Positions 39,973 to 58,600 of a stretch of DNA of 64,000 nt are shown piece after piece. A program made the position numbers and the translations under genes. Source of the DNA: the human T2T-CHM13v2.0 reference genome, Homo sapiens; the NCBI RefSeq assembly GCF_009914755.1, contig NC_060947.1. One strand, given 5' to 3'. Each line of letters opens with the position of its first letter. Position 1 is the first letter of the stretch. The notes under the pieces are model-generated. The model was given only the letters and a program-made list of their open reading frames with translations, had not been told where the DNA came from and ran no database searches.

Positions 39973-42057
39973 GTTAAGGACGTACTTTGCAGGTGACTGG
40001 AGAACACTTAATTACGATCATGCTGGGTGAGCCATTTCAATTTGTTTCTCATACTCCCACGTCCTTCAGAGCTGGTAGCAGAATCAAGCTCCACACCTGA
40101 AACTCTTAGCACGAACGTTATACAACAGTACTTGTCAGCTGCATTTCCAATACTAGCATCCCAAAAGAGATACTCTCTTAGCATCAAGTAAAGTCATTTA
40201 CTCTTTTTTTGTTTTTTGTTTTTTTTTTGAGACAGGGGTTCGCTCTGTTACCCAGACTGCAGTGCAGTGGCACAATCACTGTCACTGCAGCCTCGACCTC
40301 CTGACTCAAATGATCCTCCCACCTCAGCCCCCTGAATAGCTGGGACCACAAGCACACGCCACCACAGGTGGATCGCTTTTTTTTTTTTTGTAAAAATGGG
40401 GTCTTGCTATGTTGCCCCCTCTAATCGCTAACTCCTGGCCTCAAGCAATCCTCCTGCTTCAGCCTCCCAGAATGCTGGGATTACAGGTATGAGCCACTGT
40501 GCCCATCCTAACAATACATATTCTTTAGCAAAGTTCAGATCCCCACCGTCATCCTAACCTTGTCTTCTGCACGGAGCTTTCGTCTCTGAACAAGGCGGAC
40601 GTTCGCTTTCCCTTGACTCCAAGTTGAACTACGAACTAAAGTGGTCTCATTGTCATCTTGGGCACCATATGCTAGAAGAAGCAAGACAAATACAAGACAA
40701 CAACAACAACAAGAACAACAACAATGTAGCCTGTGAGGTTAGAAGCAACATGGAATCAGTCATGTTCGATTTCTCTCATTATTTATAATTCTGTAAAGGT
40801 GGTTTCATCCATCTTTCCCAAACAACCACTTCATATTCCACTCTAGCTGGAATTTATTTATCCTGGGCTATGGTTTAAAGTGTCACTGTAAAGGGTGACA
40901 TAAGGAGCCACTCCTTTTGGGCAGAATTCCTTCTCTACCTCAAATTCCTTCTCTACCTGGCCACCATTTTCCATATTCCTTGCACAGGTAATACTTGAAA
41001 ATATTCAGACATAACTTAACATTTTCATATGGGTTGCATACAAGAAGACAATCTGGAAATCCATGTTTCTAAACTAGTTGCTTCAGCTTTGACATTATGA
41101 AGAAAAAGAAACGCCCATGGGGGTAAAATGGATGGTTTGTCCACATGAGAAAATGTCTTATATACGGTGATGTATTTTTAAGAAAATCTATGAAAAGCTA
41201 TTTTTATCTCAACTATCATCATCTACTTTGAACAGAACCTGACTTAACAAAAAGTTAGGTGGGTGCAGTGGCTCGTGCCTGTAATCCCAGAACTTTGGGA
41301 GGCTGATGTGAGAAGATTGCTTGAGCCTAGGAGTTCGAAACCAGCCTTGGAACATAGTGAGACCTGGTCTCTAATAATTTTTTTTTTTAATAAAAATGTT
41401 GCTGTTACTATTGTGTCTCATAAGTATCAAATCTTTTCTAATCTCTTTGGACTCCTAATCCCTCACCCATTCTGAAGATGTGCATGTCAGCATGCATCTA
41501 ATTTTAAATAGCAAAACATTTCTTATGTTGCACTTATATTGCATGTCATAAATCAAGAGAAGTCGGTGAAGAGCTACAAAAATACCATTGGATAGAAGGG
41601 ATAAGTTCTAGTATTTGATAGTACAGTAGGGAAATTATAGTGAACAATGATTTGTCCAGCCTATGACCCTGTCTCAAAAGTTAAAATGAAAACAAAACAA
41701 AATAATGATTTGTTTTATGTTTCAAAACAGCTAGAAAAGAATTGTAATGCTCCAAACACCAAGAAAGTATGAATGTTTGATGTGATGGATACCCCAAATT
41801 CCCTGATTGGATCATGACACATTGTTTGAATGTTTCAAAAGATTACCTATACCCCCCAAATATGTACACAGCCAGGCATGGTGGTGCACACCTGTAGTCC
41901 CAGCTACCCATGAGGCCGAGGCAGGAGGATCGCTTAAGACTAAAAGGTCGAGGCCACAGTGAGCTGTGATTGTGCCACTGCACTTTAGCCTGGACAAAAG
42001 AGTGAGGCCCTTTCTCATGAAAAAAATGTACAATGATGATATATTAATTTTAAAAAA

Positions 42058-44842
42058 TGAGATGAGATTTTTCCCTTGACCCCCTTCATGGGCCGGAACT
42101 GGAGTGGCTCATTTCACTCAGCCTGCAGTCCATGGATGACTAAGTGTTAACAGCCCAGCAAAGGGTCAGAGTGACAGCCTTCTGCACCTGCCCTTTTTGA
42201 CACCCGAGTTCTTGTTTGGCATCCAGGTGGTCACAGAAATGGATTGAAGGGTAGTGTATGCGGAGGATTTTACTGGGCGATGGATGTGGCTCTCAGATGG
42301 ATGTGCTCTCAGCAGAATGGGGAGTTGGAAAGGGGACGGCGTGGGAAGAAGGTGATCTTTCCCTGAAGCCCAGCCATCTCTGACTGGGCTCCCATCTGAA
42401 GCTGCACCATCTGAAGTTAGCTTCTATTTGTAGTCTCCCTTGCTCAGCCACTTGTATACCCGACGCTCAGCAGCTTGCATCCCTGACTGCTTGCATCAGC
42501 TGCTTGTGTTGCTCTGCCAGCAGAAGTCTGGTTTTTATGGGCACAGGACAGGGGGCAGGGCAGGCCAAAAGGGCAATCATTTGGGTTGAAATATGGGTTC
42601 AGCTGTTTTCACTTAGGACTAAGGTTCCAGGCTTGGGGGTGAAGTTTAGCCAGGAGCCCAGTTGTTCTGTACCATTTTCCCCCTCTGGAGAGGCACATCT
42701 AACTGCCCTTAGAAAATGGATGACGACCAGTCTGAGCTACTTCCTGCTGAAAGAGGGCGTTGTTTGGGGAAAATGGCAGTTAGATTCCTCCCAGAGGTCT
42801 CCCAAGAGTCCCCGGCAAAGGCGAGCCATCATCCGAGGCTCCGGCTGCCTGCCCATTTGGAGCCTTGATGGCCTCTAGGTGAAAGAATAAACAAGCTTTA
42901 CAAGGTTAAGTAGGCATGGATCAAACATGTGTATTATACAAAGAAAGAATGTAGTGCAAAACATCTCAGAAACAAGAAATAAAACAACACTGTACCCCAA
43001 GCTGCCTCACCCTGGTGAAAGAAATTAAACCTCGTATGGGAGCAGTTAAACTTTATGAGCCAGAGAAGTGCTCTCGCCACATCTGTCGGAGTTAACAGGT
43101 GAATCTTAGGAATTCTGAGGCTTATGGGCTTGCCGGCGGGCAGTAAAGTTTCTGCCTCTTTCTTGTGTCTAAAAGACCAAGGTGGTCGTTTTCAGGATGT
43201 CCTCTAAAGTACTATCTGGTCCCAGGGTCTGTTTCTGAGTATAAACTGGAGGTGGAAAATTGTGTTGGTTGCCCATTCTGAAGACAGGGAATTAGGCTTC
43301 CCTCAATTCTCTTTCTCCTTTCAGTGATAACCTGGGGTATGAGGGAGAGAGGAAGTGGGCATCCTCCTTTCCTCTTCTATCTTTTCATCCCCAAGTCCCA
43401 GCAACCTTGACAGGTGCCACCCATGGGTGCCAATGTGGCTTGCACCCATGAAGCCGGGGGAGCCTAGAGAATAGGAATGATTCACACTCACCTATGCCTC
43501 TACCTCCCCTGCTGTTGACAACCTTTGAGTTCCTTGGCAGGTGCCACCCATGGCTATCAATGCAGCTTCCACCTGTGAAGCAGGGAAGACCCAGAGAATG
43601 GGAATTATCTGCACTCACCTATGCCTCTATCTCCCCTACCATCAACAACCTTTGAGTTTCCTGGGCCTCATTTATGCCATGGAGTATGGCCTCCTTCCGT
43701 AAAGCAGGGGTTTAATGGACAGGAATTTGTCCTGCCTATTTACACTGTGCCTGTTGCCTGGCTCAGATCTGGTTTTCCTTTCTAGTGCCTCGACCTGCAG
43801 CTTGGAATCGAGTTTGAGACCAAAAAAAAAAAAAAAAAAAAAGTATTTCAGGGGCTGCATAGATTTATTTAGATTAAGTCCCAAACAGGCCTTGCCAAAT
43901 TTACAGCTAACAGCCTGCAGACAATGCCCCTCTGTCGTTTCCCCATCATAAGCAGAGTGCTGACGTAGACAGAGAACTCTCTTACTTGGAAAAGAAGAAA
44001 AACAACTTAAAGTGCATGGTGGCGGGGGAAGCTGGGGAAAGAGCCTCTTGCTCTGTGGAAATGGGTTCCTTTAACCACTGCATCCCTCCCCCGGTTCAGA
44101 CCAGCTAGACTTTCATGAAGGGAAACAGAGCCAACATTCCTTTTTCCTGAAGAAAAGAGAGAGGAAGCAGGGTCTCAGAAAAGAGACAGATCCAACAATT
44201 CCGCATTTTAACCCACCCTTTGTTGTATCCCAGACGAGCCTCCAGATGAGATAGGATTGTTCCCTTGACCCCCTTTGTGGGCAGGAACTGGAGTGGCTTG
44301 TTTCACTCAGCCTGCCATTCCTGGACAGCTAAGTGTTAATAGCCCAGTGAAGGGTCAGGGTGACAGCCTCCTGCACCTGCCCTTCTTGACACCTGCATTC
44401 TTTTTCAGCATCCAGGAAAAATCTGGTCACACGAGCAGATTGAAAGGTAGTGTATGTGGAAGATTTTATTGGCAATGGATGTGGCTGCCAGCGGAATAGG
44501 GGGTTGGAAAGGGGATGGTGTGGGAAGATGGTTAGCTTTCCCTGAAGTCCAGCTGTCTCTGGCCGGGCTGTTCTCAGAAGCTGCACTGTCTGAAGTTAGC
44601 CATGTCTATCTGTAGTCTCCAATGCTCAGCCACTTGTATCCCAGCCTTCAGCAGCTTGTATCCCCAACCACTTGTGTTGCTCTGCCAGCTGAAGTCTGGT
44701 TTTTATGGACACAGGATAGCAGGTGGGGCAGGCCAAAATGGCAACTATTTGGGTGGAAAAACGAGATCAGCTGTTTTCACTTAGGTCCGAGGTTCCAGGC
44801 TTGAGGGTGGAGTTTAGCCAGGGGCCCAGCCATTCTGTACCA
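42058..44842 (-). mobile_element. Internally deleted ERV1 provirus (HUERS-P-like; LTR1/MER52-group LTRs): 5' LTR 44247-44842, internal 42675-44246, 3' LTR 42058-42674
   Basis: Two homologous ~600-bp TG...CA LTRs; PBS TGGAGGCTCGTCTGGGAT (44244-44227, tRNA-Pro-like); polypurine tract AGAGGGGGAAAA before the 3' LTR. Confidence 0.85.
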
Positions 44843-45754
44843 AATAGACATGAAATGAAGTAGAAAAAGGTTAAACAAACTGAGAGAGAGAGAAAAGTGC
44901 CCAAACTCTATGAGTGGCAACTTCAAGAAATCAAGTAAAGGGTCCCATTAGGACAATAAGGAAGGAACCTACAAATCAGCATGACTAAATGCTGCTTCTA
45001 AGGTCCAACACTGAATTTATACCCGCTCGGGTCCACAAAGAATAGAAGAGGAGACATAAATGGTAAGATAAAAGGTGAAATCTTCTTCCTTGGTCTGTGC
45101 TTTTTATCTCATCTCTAGCCTATCCCGTCTTTATTTTATCTTTATCAAAGTGGGGCATCTCCTAAGGCATGTTTGTGAGAAACAAGAAAGAAAAAACTCT
45201 CGTGGAGAGAGTTAGTATAATCCCAGCACTTTGGGAGGCTGAGGTGGGAGGGTTGCTTAAGTCCAGGAGTTGGAGACCAGCCTGGACAACATGGCAAAAC
45301 CTGGTCTCTACTAAAAATACAAAAATTAGCCAGGTGTGGTGGCTCACACCTGTAATCCCAGCTATGCAGGAGGCTGAGACAGGAGAATCTCAGAGCCTGG
45401 GAGTCTGATGCTGCAGTGAGACAAGATTGTGCCACTGCACTCCAGCCTGGGTGAGAGAATGAGATACTGTCAAAAAAAAAAAAAAAAAAAAAAGAAAGAA
45501 AGAAAGAAAAAAAGAAAAACATCCAAAAAACCTGTGAGTCAGAATTTCTACAGGTTGGCTCTGTACCAGAATTGCCTCAGACAGTTTTTCACATTGTGGG
45601 TTTCAATCCTCCTTTCCAGCTTGTCTGAACCATGGCATTTAGGTTTGGACTCCATGCAGTATTGTTTTTTTAAAAATCTGTCTAGTTGAATGTGCCCAAC
45701 CACAACTGTGAATGCGTCACAGCATTCAGCTCTAATTTAGCTTTTTCTTGCTAA

Positions 45755-47190
45755 ATATGTATAAATATATGTATAATTCTGCAAAAGAGCACTTTTCTCA
45801 GAATTATACACATATTTATACATATGCAAATGCACACACATATACATATACAAACATATATACATATACTATACACACATGCATAAATATATACACATTT
45901 GCACACAAACATTTATAAAGATACACTTATATATACCATACACACATATACACATACATATATACACATGCACACACACATACGTATGCATCCACACATA
46001 TACACATGTATACATACACACGCTGTACACTTATACATATGTATAGACATGCACCCACATACACATATATGCATGCATATACCATACACATATGCATAAA
46101 TATTTACACATTCATACACACATAGATATACACATATTTATATGTGATACACACATGTATACACATAGATATACATATACATATAAACACCATATGTATA
46201 CATACACACATCCACATACTATGCACATATACACATATACACATCATATATGTACATTTACACATTTACATACCAGACATATACACATATATGCATATAT
46301 ACACACATAATGCACATATATGCATATACATATATGTACACATATATACCTGTATACATACACCATACATATACCCATACTAATTTATATGTATATTTTA
46401 AAATTTTTTTGTAGAAATGGGGTCTTGATATGGTGCCAAGGCTGTTCTTGAACTCCTGTCCTTAAATGATCCTCTTGCCTAGGCCTTCCAAAGTGCTGGG
46501 ATTACAGGTGTCAGCCACTGCACTCAGTCCCCTTACTCATATATAATGCACATGCTATACACATACGCAAAAACATACACATTCACACAAGCACATAGAT
46601 ATACACATATCTGTCATACACATATATACACACATATCTGCCATACGCATATATACACACATATATGCCATACACATATATACACACATATATGCCATAC
46701 ACATATATACACACCTATGCATATAAATATACATACACACATATACATACATCATGCATACACACATATACATATATAAAAACCTATACCATACACATAT
46801 ATCTAAACATGTACCTATTAAGAGGCACACACATACATATATGCACATACAAGTACCATATACATACATATAAACATATATATACTATACACACATAGAC
46901 ACATGCATATATATGCGTATATATACAAGTAACACACATGTACATATGTACACACACCATACACATATACATATACACATGCACTCACATATATGTATGT
47001 GCATGCATATACATATACACATAATGAATGTATATGCACATATCACACACATATACCTATACATACATGCACGTATACATATACATGCATGTATATATAC
47101 CATATACATAAATATACACACATGCATATTGACATACACATAGACATGTACATATACACATATGCATATATATACACATATAAACACATA
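45755..47190. repeat. Large (CA/TA)n low-complexity region split by an Alu fragment (46400-46530)
   Basis: catatatacacac-type degenerate repeats, including ~24-bp units around 46600-46710. Confidence 0.95.
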
Positions 47191-47299
47191 TTCTTCAGTA
47201 GGCTTGAGAAATGCAGTTAGAGAGACTTAATTTAGCTAGCAGCACTGGACGGCCTCCAAAAAATATTTAGAGTTGCCTGGAGTCTTATTTTTAATTTAG

Positions 47300-50112
<2,813 letters not shown>

Positions 50113-50150
50113 TGAATGTGTTTAATGCCACTGATTTGTAAACCTCAGTG

Positions 50151-50230
50151 TTCCTTCAGAATAAATTGATCATGAATTTATTCCTTCAGAATAAATTGAT
50201 CATGAATTTATTCCTTCAGAATAAATTGAC
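50151..50230. repeat. 30-bp tandem repeat, ~2.6 copies
   Basis: TTCCTTCAGAATAAATTGATCATGAATTTA x2 plus a partial copy. Confidence 0.95.
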
Positions 50231-50675
50231 ATTGATCATGGTCAACATGATAAATATTAAGCTATGTATATTTTACCACAATAAAGAAAATCCAACCAAA
50301 ACAAAAAACGGTCCAGAAAAGACTGAAGGATGCTAAAGAGACATAACTAAATGTAACATAGGATCTTTGATTAGATTCTGGACCTTTCAAGGACATTTTT
50401 GAGGACATCAATGAAACTTGAATGAAGTCTGTGGATTAGACAGTAATTTTGGGTGATCATTTTTTTGTTTTCTTTTTAGTTTTTGTAGAGATGGTGTCTC
50501 ACTCTGTTACCCAGGCTGGTCTCAAACTCCTGGGCTTAAGTGATCTACTTGCCTCAGCCTCCCAAAGTGCTGGGATTACAGATGTCAGCCACTGTGCCTG
50601 GCCTGGGAGACTGTTAATTTGTTGGTTTTGGTGAGTGTTCTGTGTTTATGTACATTGAATATCCTAATCTGTAGT

Positions 50676-52906
50676 TTATAGGGTTTGGCTGTGTCCCCAC
50701 CCAAATCTCACCTTGAATTGTAATAATCCCCACATGTGAAGGGTGGGGCCAGGTGGAGATAATTGAATCATGGGGGTGGTTTCCCCCATACTGTTCTTGT
50801 GGTAGTGAATAAATCTCGTGAGATCTGATGGTTTTATAAATGGGAATTCCCCTGCACAAGCTCTGCTGCCTGCCACCATGTAAGATGTGACTTTCTTCCT
50901 CATTCACCATCCACCATGATTGTGAAGCCTCCCCAGCCATGTGGAACTGTGAGTCCATTAAATCTCTTTCCTTTATTAATTACCCAGTCTTGGGTATGTC
51001 TTTATCAGAGGCATGACAACTGATTAATACAGTAAATTGGTACCAGATAGTGGGACACTTCTGTAAAGATACCCAAAAATGTGGAAGCAACTTTGGAACT
51101 GGATAACAGGCAGAAGTTGGAACAGTTTGGAGGGCCCAGAAGAAGACAGCAGAATGTGGGAAAGTTTGGAACTTCCTAGAGACGTGTTGAATGGCTTTGA
51201 CCAAAATTCTGATAGTGATAAGAACAATGAAGTCCAGGCTGACATGGTCTCAGAAGGAGATGGGAAATGGTTTGGGAACTGGAATAAAGGTGACTCTTGC
51301 TATGTTTTAGTAAAGAAACTGGTAGCATTTTGTCCAGAAATCTGTGGAACTTTGAACTTGAGAGATGTGATTTAGAGTATCTGGTAGAAGAAATTTCTAA
51401 GCGGCAAAGCATTGAAGGGGAAGCACAGCATAAAAATTTGTAAAATTTGCAACCCAACAAGAAAAGAAAGCTCCATTTTCTGGGGAGAAATTCAAGCTGG
51501 CTGCAGAAATTTGCATAAGTAATGAGCAGCCAGATGTTAATCACCAAGACAATAAGGAAAATGTCTCCAGGACATTTCAGAGACTTTCACAGCAGCCCCT
51601 CCCATCACAGGCCCTGAGGCCTAGGAGGAAAAAGTGGTTTCCAGGGCCAGGTCCAGGGCACCCCTGCTGTGTGCAGCCTTGGAACTTGGTGCCCTTCGTC
51701 CCAGCCCCTCCAGCCATGGCTAAAAGGGACCAAGGTACAGCTCAGGCCATTGCTTCAGAGGGTGGAAGCCCCAAGCCTTGGCAGGTTCCATGTGGTATTG
51801 AACCTGCAGGTGCACAGAAGTCAAGAATTGAGGTTTGGGAACCTCTGCCTAGATTTTAGAAGATGTATGGAAATGCCTGGATGTCCAGGCAGAAGTTTGC
51901 TGCAGGGGCAGGGCCCTCATAGAGAACCTTTGCTAGGGCAGTGTGGAAGGGAAATGTGTGTTTGGAGCCCCCACACAGAGTCCACACTGGAGCACTGTCT
52001 AGTGTAGCTGTGAGAAGGGGTCCGCCATCCTCCAGGCCCAAGAATGGTAGATTCACCGACTGCTTGCACTATGTGCCTGGAAAAGCCACAGACGTTCAAT
52101 TCCAGCCTATGAAAGCCACTGGGAGGGAGGCTGTACCCTGCAAAGCCACAGGAGTGGAGCTGCCTAAGACCATGGGAACCCCCCTCTCGCATCAGTGCAC
52201 CCTGGATGTGAGACATGGAGTCAAAGGAGATCATTTTGGAGCTTTCAGATTTGACCACCCCTCTGGATTACAAATATGCATGGGGGCTGTAGCCCCTTCA
52301 TTTCGGCCAATTTCTCCCATTTGGAATGGGTGTATTTACCCAATGCCTGTATCCTCAATGTATCTGGGAAGTAACTAACTTGCTTTTGATTTTACAGGCT
52401 CATAGGTGGAAGGGACTTGCCTTGTCTCAGATGAGACTTTGGACTGTGAACTTTTGAGTTAATGCTGAAATGAGTTAAGACTTTGGGGGACTGTTGGGAA
52501 GGCACGATGGGTTTTGAAATGTGAGGATGTGAGATTTGGGAGGTGTCAGAGGAGGAATGATATGGTTTGGCTGTGTCCCCACCCAAATCTCATTCTGAAT
52601 TTTAATAATTCCCATGTGTCAAGGATGAGGCCATGTGGAGATAACTGAATCATGGAGGCAGTATGTCCTATACTGTTCTCATGGTAGTGAATAAGTCTCA
52701 TGAGATCTGATGGTTTTATTCAGGGGAGTTCTGCTGCACAAGCCCTCTTTCATGACACCATGTAAGATGTGACTTTCCTCCTCATTCACCTTCCACCATG
52801 TCTGTGAGGCCTCACCAGCCATGTGGAACTGTGAGTCCACTAAACCTCTTTCCTTTAGAAATTCTCAGGTGTGTCTTTATTAGCAGCATGAGAACAGACT
52901 AATACA
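50676..52906 (+). mobile_element. Full-length THE1-type MaLR: 5' LTR 50676-51031, internal 51032-52557, 3' LTR 52558-52906
   Basis: Two LTRs, THE1-int start gtaaattggtacc, purine tract before the 3' LTR, perfect GTAGT TSD (50671-50675 and 52907-52911). Confidence 0.93.
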
Positions 52907-53575
52907 GTAGTAAATACACCCTGAACAATTACACTATAATAGGACATCTTCTTTTCAAGTTATTCTCAAAGGGCTTAGAAATGTTAGCAATCGGGGAAAA
53001 TCTATGTAAAGTGCATATGGGAGGCCTGGGTACTGTTCTTTTCCCACTTTTATTCAAATTTGAACTTATAGTATGACAATTTTTTAAAATAAATGTATTC
53101 TGGTTCAAAGTGCCCAGTATGATCAGTCGTAGTCCATAGTGAACAGCTTTCATCACGCTTCCCCAAATATTTTGAAAACCCCTTTCAGGCTAGACACAGT
53201 GGCTCATGCCTGTAATCTCAGCACTTTGGGAGGTTGAGGCAAGAGGATCACTTGAGCCTGGGAGTTCAGGACCAGCCTGGGCAACATAGTAAGACCCCCA
53301 ACTCTATGAAAAGGAAAAAATATTTTAAAGGGGAAAAGAAAACTCCTTTTGTAATTTGATAGTTTCCTATCTGGGCTTTATTCTAGACCGACTGAATTTG
53401 GCATTCTGCAGGAAATGTTCCAGAAACCTTCAGTCCTGAGAAGCCTCTCAGTTAATTCTGATGAAAATTAAATTTTGAGAACCCCTGGCCAGGCATAAAG
53501 TGTGGATCCCATGAGTAAGGTATGTGGAGATGAAAACTAAGAAGTGGTCTTGTCACACAAGAATACAATCTTTAA

Positions 53576-53746
<171 letters not shown>

Positions 53747-53797
53747 TGAGAGCTGATTTTTACAGTGAGCTTAACATTTTGAAGTGTAGTGCTCTGA

Positions 53798-53932
<135 letters not shown>

Positions 53933-54139
53933 TGATCCTCCCACCTCAGCCTCCTGAGCAGCTGGAACTACAGGCATGCATCACCATGCCTGGCTAATTT
54001 TGTGTGTGTGTATTTTTGCCAGAGAGGCAGTTTCATTATGTTGTCCAGGCTGGTCTCAAACTGCTGTCAAGCGATCTGCCTGCCTTGGCCTCCAAAAGTG
54101 TTGGGATCACAGGCGTGAGCCACTGCACCCAGCTTGGAG

Positions 54140-54540
54140 TGCATTCTCTCCCAGTTCGGCAGGGCCACATTCCCTCTGGAGACTCTAGGGGACTAGGCTT
54201 CCTTGCCTATTTCAGCTTCTGGTGCTTGCCGGCAATACTTGGCATTCCTTGGTGTGTAGACGCATCACTGCAATCACCCTTTCCATTTTCTCATAAGTGG
54301 TTTCCCTCTGTGCATGCCTGTGTTCCTCCTTTTCTTTTTCCTTATTTGTTTATTTATATTGAAGCTATGCATGAATGTTTCTCTCCTTCCTAGAAGGACA
54401 CCAGTCATTGCCTTTAGGGCCCACCCTACTGCAGTACCCCTTCAGCTCAAGAGCCTATTCCCAAATGAAATCACACTCACGTATACATGAGGGTTAGGAC
54501 TTTAATGTGTCTTTTGTCGGGGGACACACTTCAACCCACA
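54140..54540 (-). mobile_element. MLT1-type LTR
   Basis: cattccctctggagactctagggga...gaaggacaccagtcattg...gggttaggacttta...acttcaacccaca. Confidence 0.7.
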
Positions 54541-55317
54541 CCAGATGGATAAAGCAGAGGCTTTGTGTAGGTAGAAGCAGAAATGATGCAATTCCCATTT
54601 TAGGGGATGGGTTCCTGTAAATCCTGCCTGCTCAGAAGGGCAAATGTAGAACCAACAGCAGCCATGGTGACACCTGGTAGACGCGGAGGCCTTTTGGCTA
54701 TCAACCAGACCTATATGCAAGCAGTTTAGTTGTCCCTAAAAGACTCCCCCAGTTTAACGAGGAGGCATTTGGAAGCAGGAGAGGAGAGAACTTAGGCGTG
54801 TCTTATCAATAGGATTCCACTGCACCCACAAACTGGTGAAGCAAGGAGAGAAAGCTACAGATGGAAATTACTTATACTATGATGCAGTGGTAAACATTTG
54901 ACTCAACTTAGCAGAACAAAACCCAAATGGAAATAATGATGGTGGACACAGTGAGGTGCTCCTGTGTAACACTGATGCTTCTTGGCCAGCACTGTCCTGA
55001 TCTTGCCAGGAGATGCCAGCAGAGTGAGGTTGCGCTGCCCCTTGGCTGGGAGGGAGTGCAAGACGCATCTCAAATTCAGAAGCGTTGACACCGGGAGCTC
55101 TGTGGTTATTTTCTTCCATGCTGTGGATTATCTTCACTCTTTTGATAGTGTCCTTTGATGCAAAGGATTTTCAATATTGGTGAAGTCCAATTACTCTGTA
55201 TTTTTTCTTTTATTGCTTATACTTTTGGTGTCACATTGAGAAACTATTACCAAATCTAAGACCTATCTATCTGGATATCTATCTGGAAAGCCCTTTCCAG
55301 AGAAACAGAACCAATAG

Positions 55318-55470
55318 GAAGGATAGATAGATAGATAGATAGATAACAGATGGATAGATATATGGAGGGATAGATAGAGTGATAGCTAGATGGAGGGTGG
55401 ATAGATGGATGGATAGATTGATAGATACATAGATAGATGGATATAAGAGAGATAGATAGAGTGATAGATT
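55318..55470. repeat. GATA/GGAT degenerate microsatellite
   Basis: (GATA)n/(GGAT)n seen directly. Confidence 0.9.
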
Positions 55471-55542
55471 TTGGTAAAGTCTAATTACTCTATTTTTTTT
55501 TTTTTTGTACTGGAAGGACCAGTACATTAATATAAGTCATGA

Positions 55543-55719
<177 letters not shown>

Positions 55720-57149
55720 TGAGACAGGGTCTGGCTCTGTCGCCCAGGCTGGAGTGCAATGGTGTGAGGCTCACTGCCACCTCCGCCTCCCAGGTTCAAG
55801 CGATTCTTCTGCCTCAGCCTCCCAAGTAGCTGAAATTACCCGCACATGCCACCACACCTGGCTAATTTTTGTATTTTTAGGAGAGACGAGGTTTCGCCTT
55901 GTTGGCCAGGCTGCTCTTGAACTCGTGACCTCAGGTGATCCACCTGCCTCGGCTTCCCAAAGTGCTGGGATTACAGGCGTGAGCCACCACACCCAGCCTG
56001 TGTTTGTTTTTTTGTAGAGATGGGGGTCTCAGTATGTGGCCACGGCTGGTCTTGAGCTCCTGGCCCAAAGTGATCCTCCCACTTCAGCCTCCCAAAGTGC
56101 TGGGATGACAGATGTGAGCCACTACGACCAGACCTCATTCTGGTATCATTCTTTGCCTCACTTCCTCCAGTATGGGATCCCAAACTGCAGAGGCTATGGA
56201 GTTAGAGTGACGATGGCAGAACTTAGAGAATCAGTGCCCAGCTAGGGCGCTTCCCAGCTGTGTGACCTCGGATAGGTTACTCAATCTCTCTGTTGTTGTT
56301 GTTGTTGTTGTTCTTCTTCTTCTTCTTTTCTTCTCCTCCTTCTCCTTCTTTTCAAATTTAAGAACTTCTCTGTCTCTCTGTTCTTCTTCTTCTTCTTCTT
56401 TTTTTTTTTAATGTTTTGAGATAGGGTCTTGGTTTGTTACCCAGGCTGCAGTGCAGTGGTGCTATCTCAGCTCACTATAACCACCCCCTCCCAGGTTCAA
56501 GCAATTCTCCTGCCTCAGCCTCCTGAGTAGCTGGGATTACAGTCGTCTGCCATCACACCCAGATAAATTTTGTATTTTTAGTAGAGACAGGGTTTCACCA
56601 TGTTGGCCAGACTGGTCTCAAACTCCTGATCTCATGTGATCCACCCACCTTGACCTCCCAAAGTGCTAGGATTACAGGTGTGCCGTCAACCTCTCTGTTT
56701 CTCGATTTCCTCCTGGGCAGGATGGTATTGGAGTGCCCACTGGTGAGATCACTGTGGGGACTACACCTAACACCCTTTGAATAAGGTGAGCGGGACACAC
56801 AGAAACACTGAGGACTGATGGTTATTCTTGGTAGCTCATGATCCAGCCCCTCCCTGTCACTCCGTACGTACTCCCTGGATTGAGTGTCTCACAACAAAGA
56901 CATTTTCTGCCGCACTGAAATCAGATCATGGTGTGTTTTGCCTTTGAGTCATTTTGGACTCCAAGGTAACATGTAAGTGTGTGTCTATGTAACTTTCCAG
57001 AAATTCTTTCTAGAATAAGCTCTGCTTTGGACTCTATTTTCCCCCTCAGGGCTTCCACTGGATCTTCCAGTCCAGGAATGTATCTGACCTTCCCAATACA
57101 TTGATGGGCTTTAGTACTTTATTTTACTATTTTATATTTTATGTTTTTT

Positions 57150-58600
<1,451 letters not shown>

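Noticed and set aside
40925-40960. ~18-bp direct repeat aattccttctctacct (similar small duplications at ~995-1015, ~1203-1233, ~25167-25210)
   Set aside because: Ordinary slippage micro-duplications with no further structure.
45899-47220. His/Thr/Tyr/Ile-rich and Cys/Val/Met-rich ORFs
   Set aside because: Translations of CA/TA low-complexity DNA.
50920-50945. PRDM9 hotspot motif in the THE1 LTRs (also ~21152 and ~52810)
   Set aside because: The sites read CCTCCCCAGCCAT / CCTCACCAGCCAT, not the hotspot-associated CCTCCCTAGCCAC.
51669-52378. 112-145 aa ORFs inside THE1-int
   Set aside because: Fragments of the decayed MaLR internal ORF; not intact.
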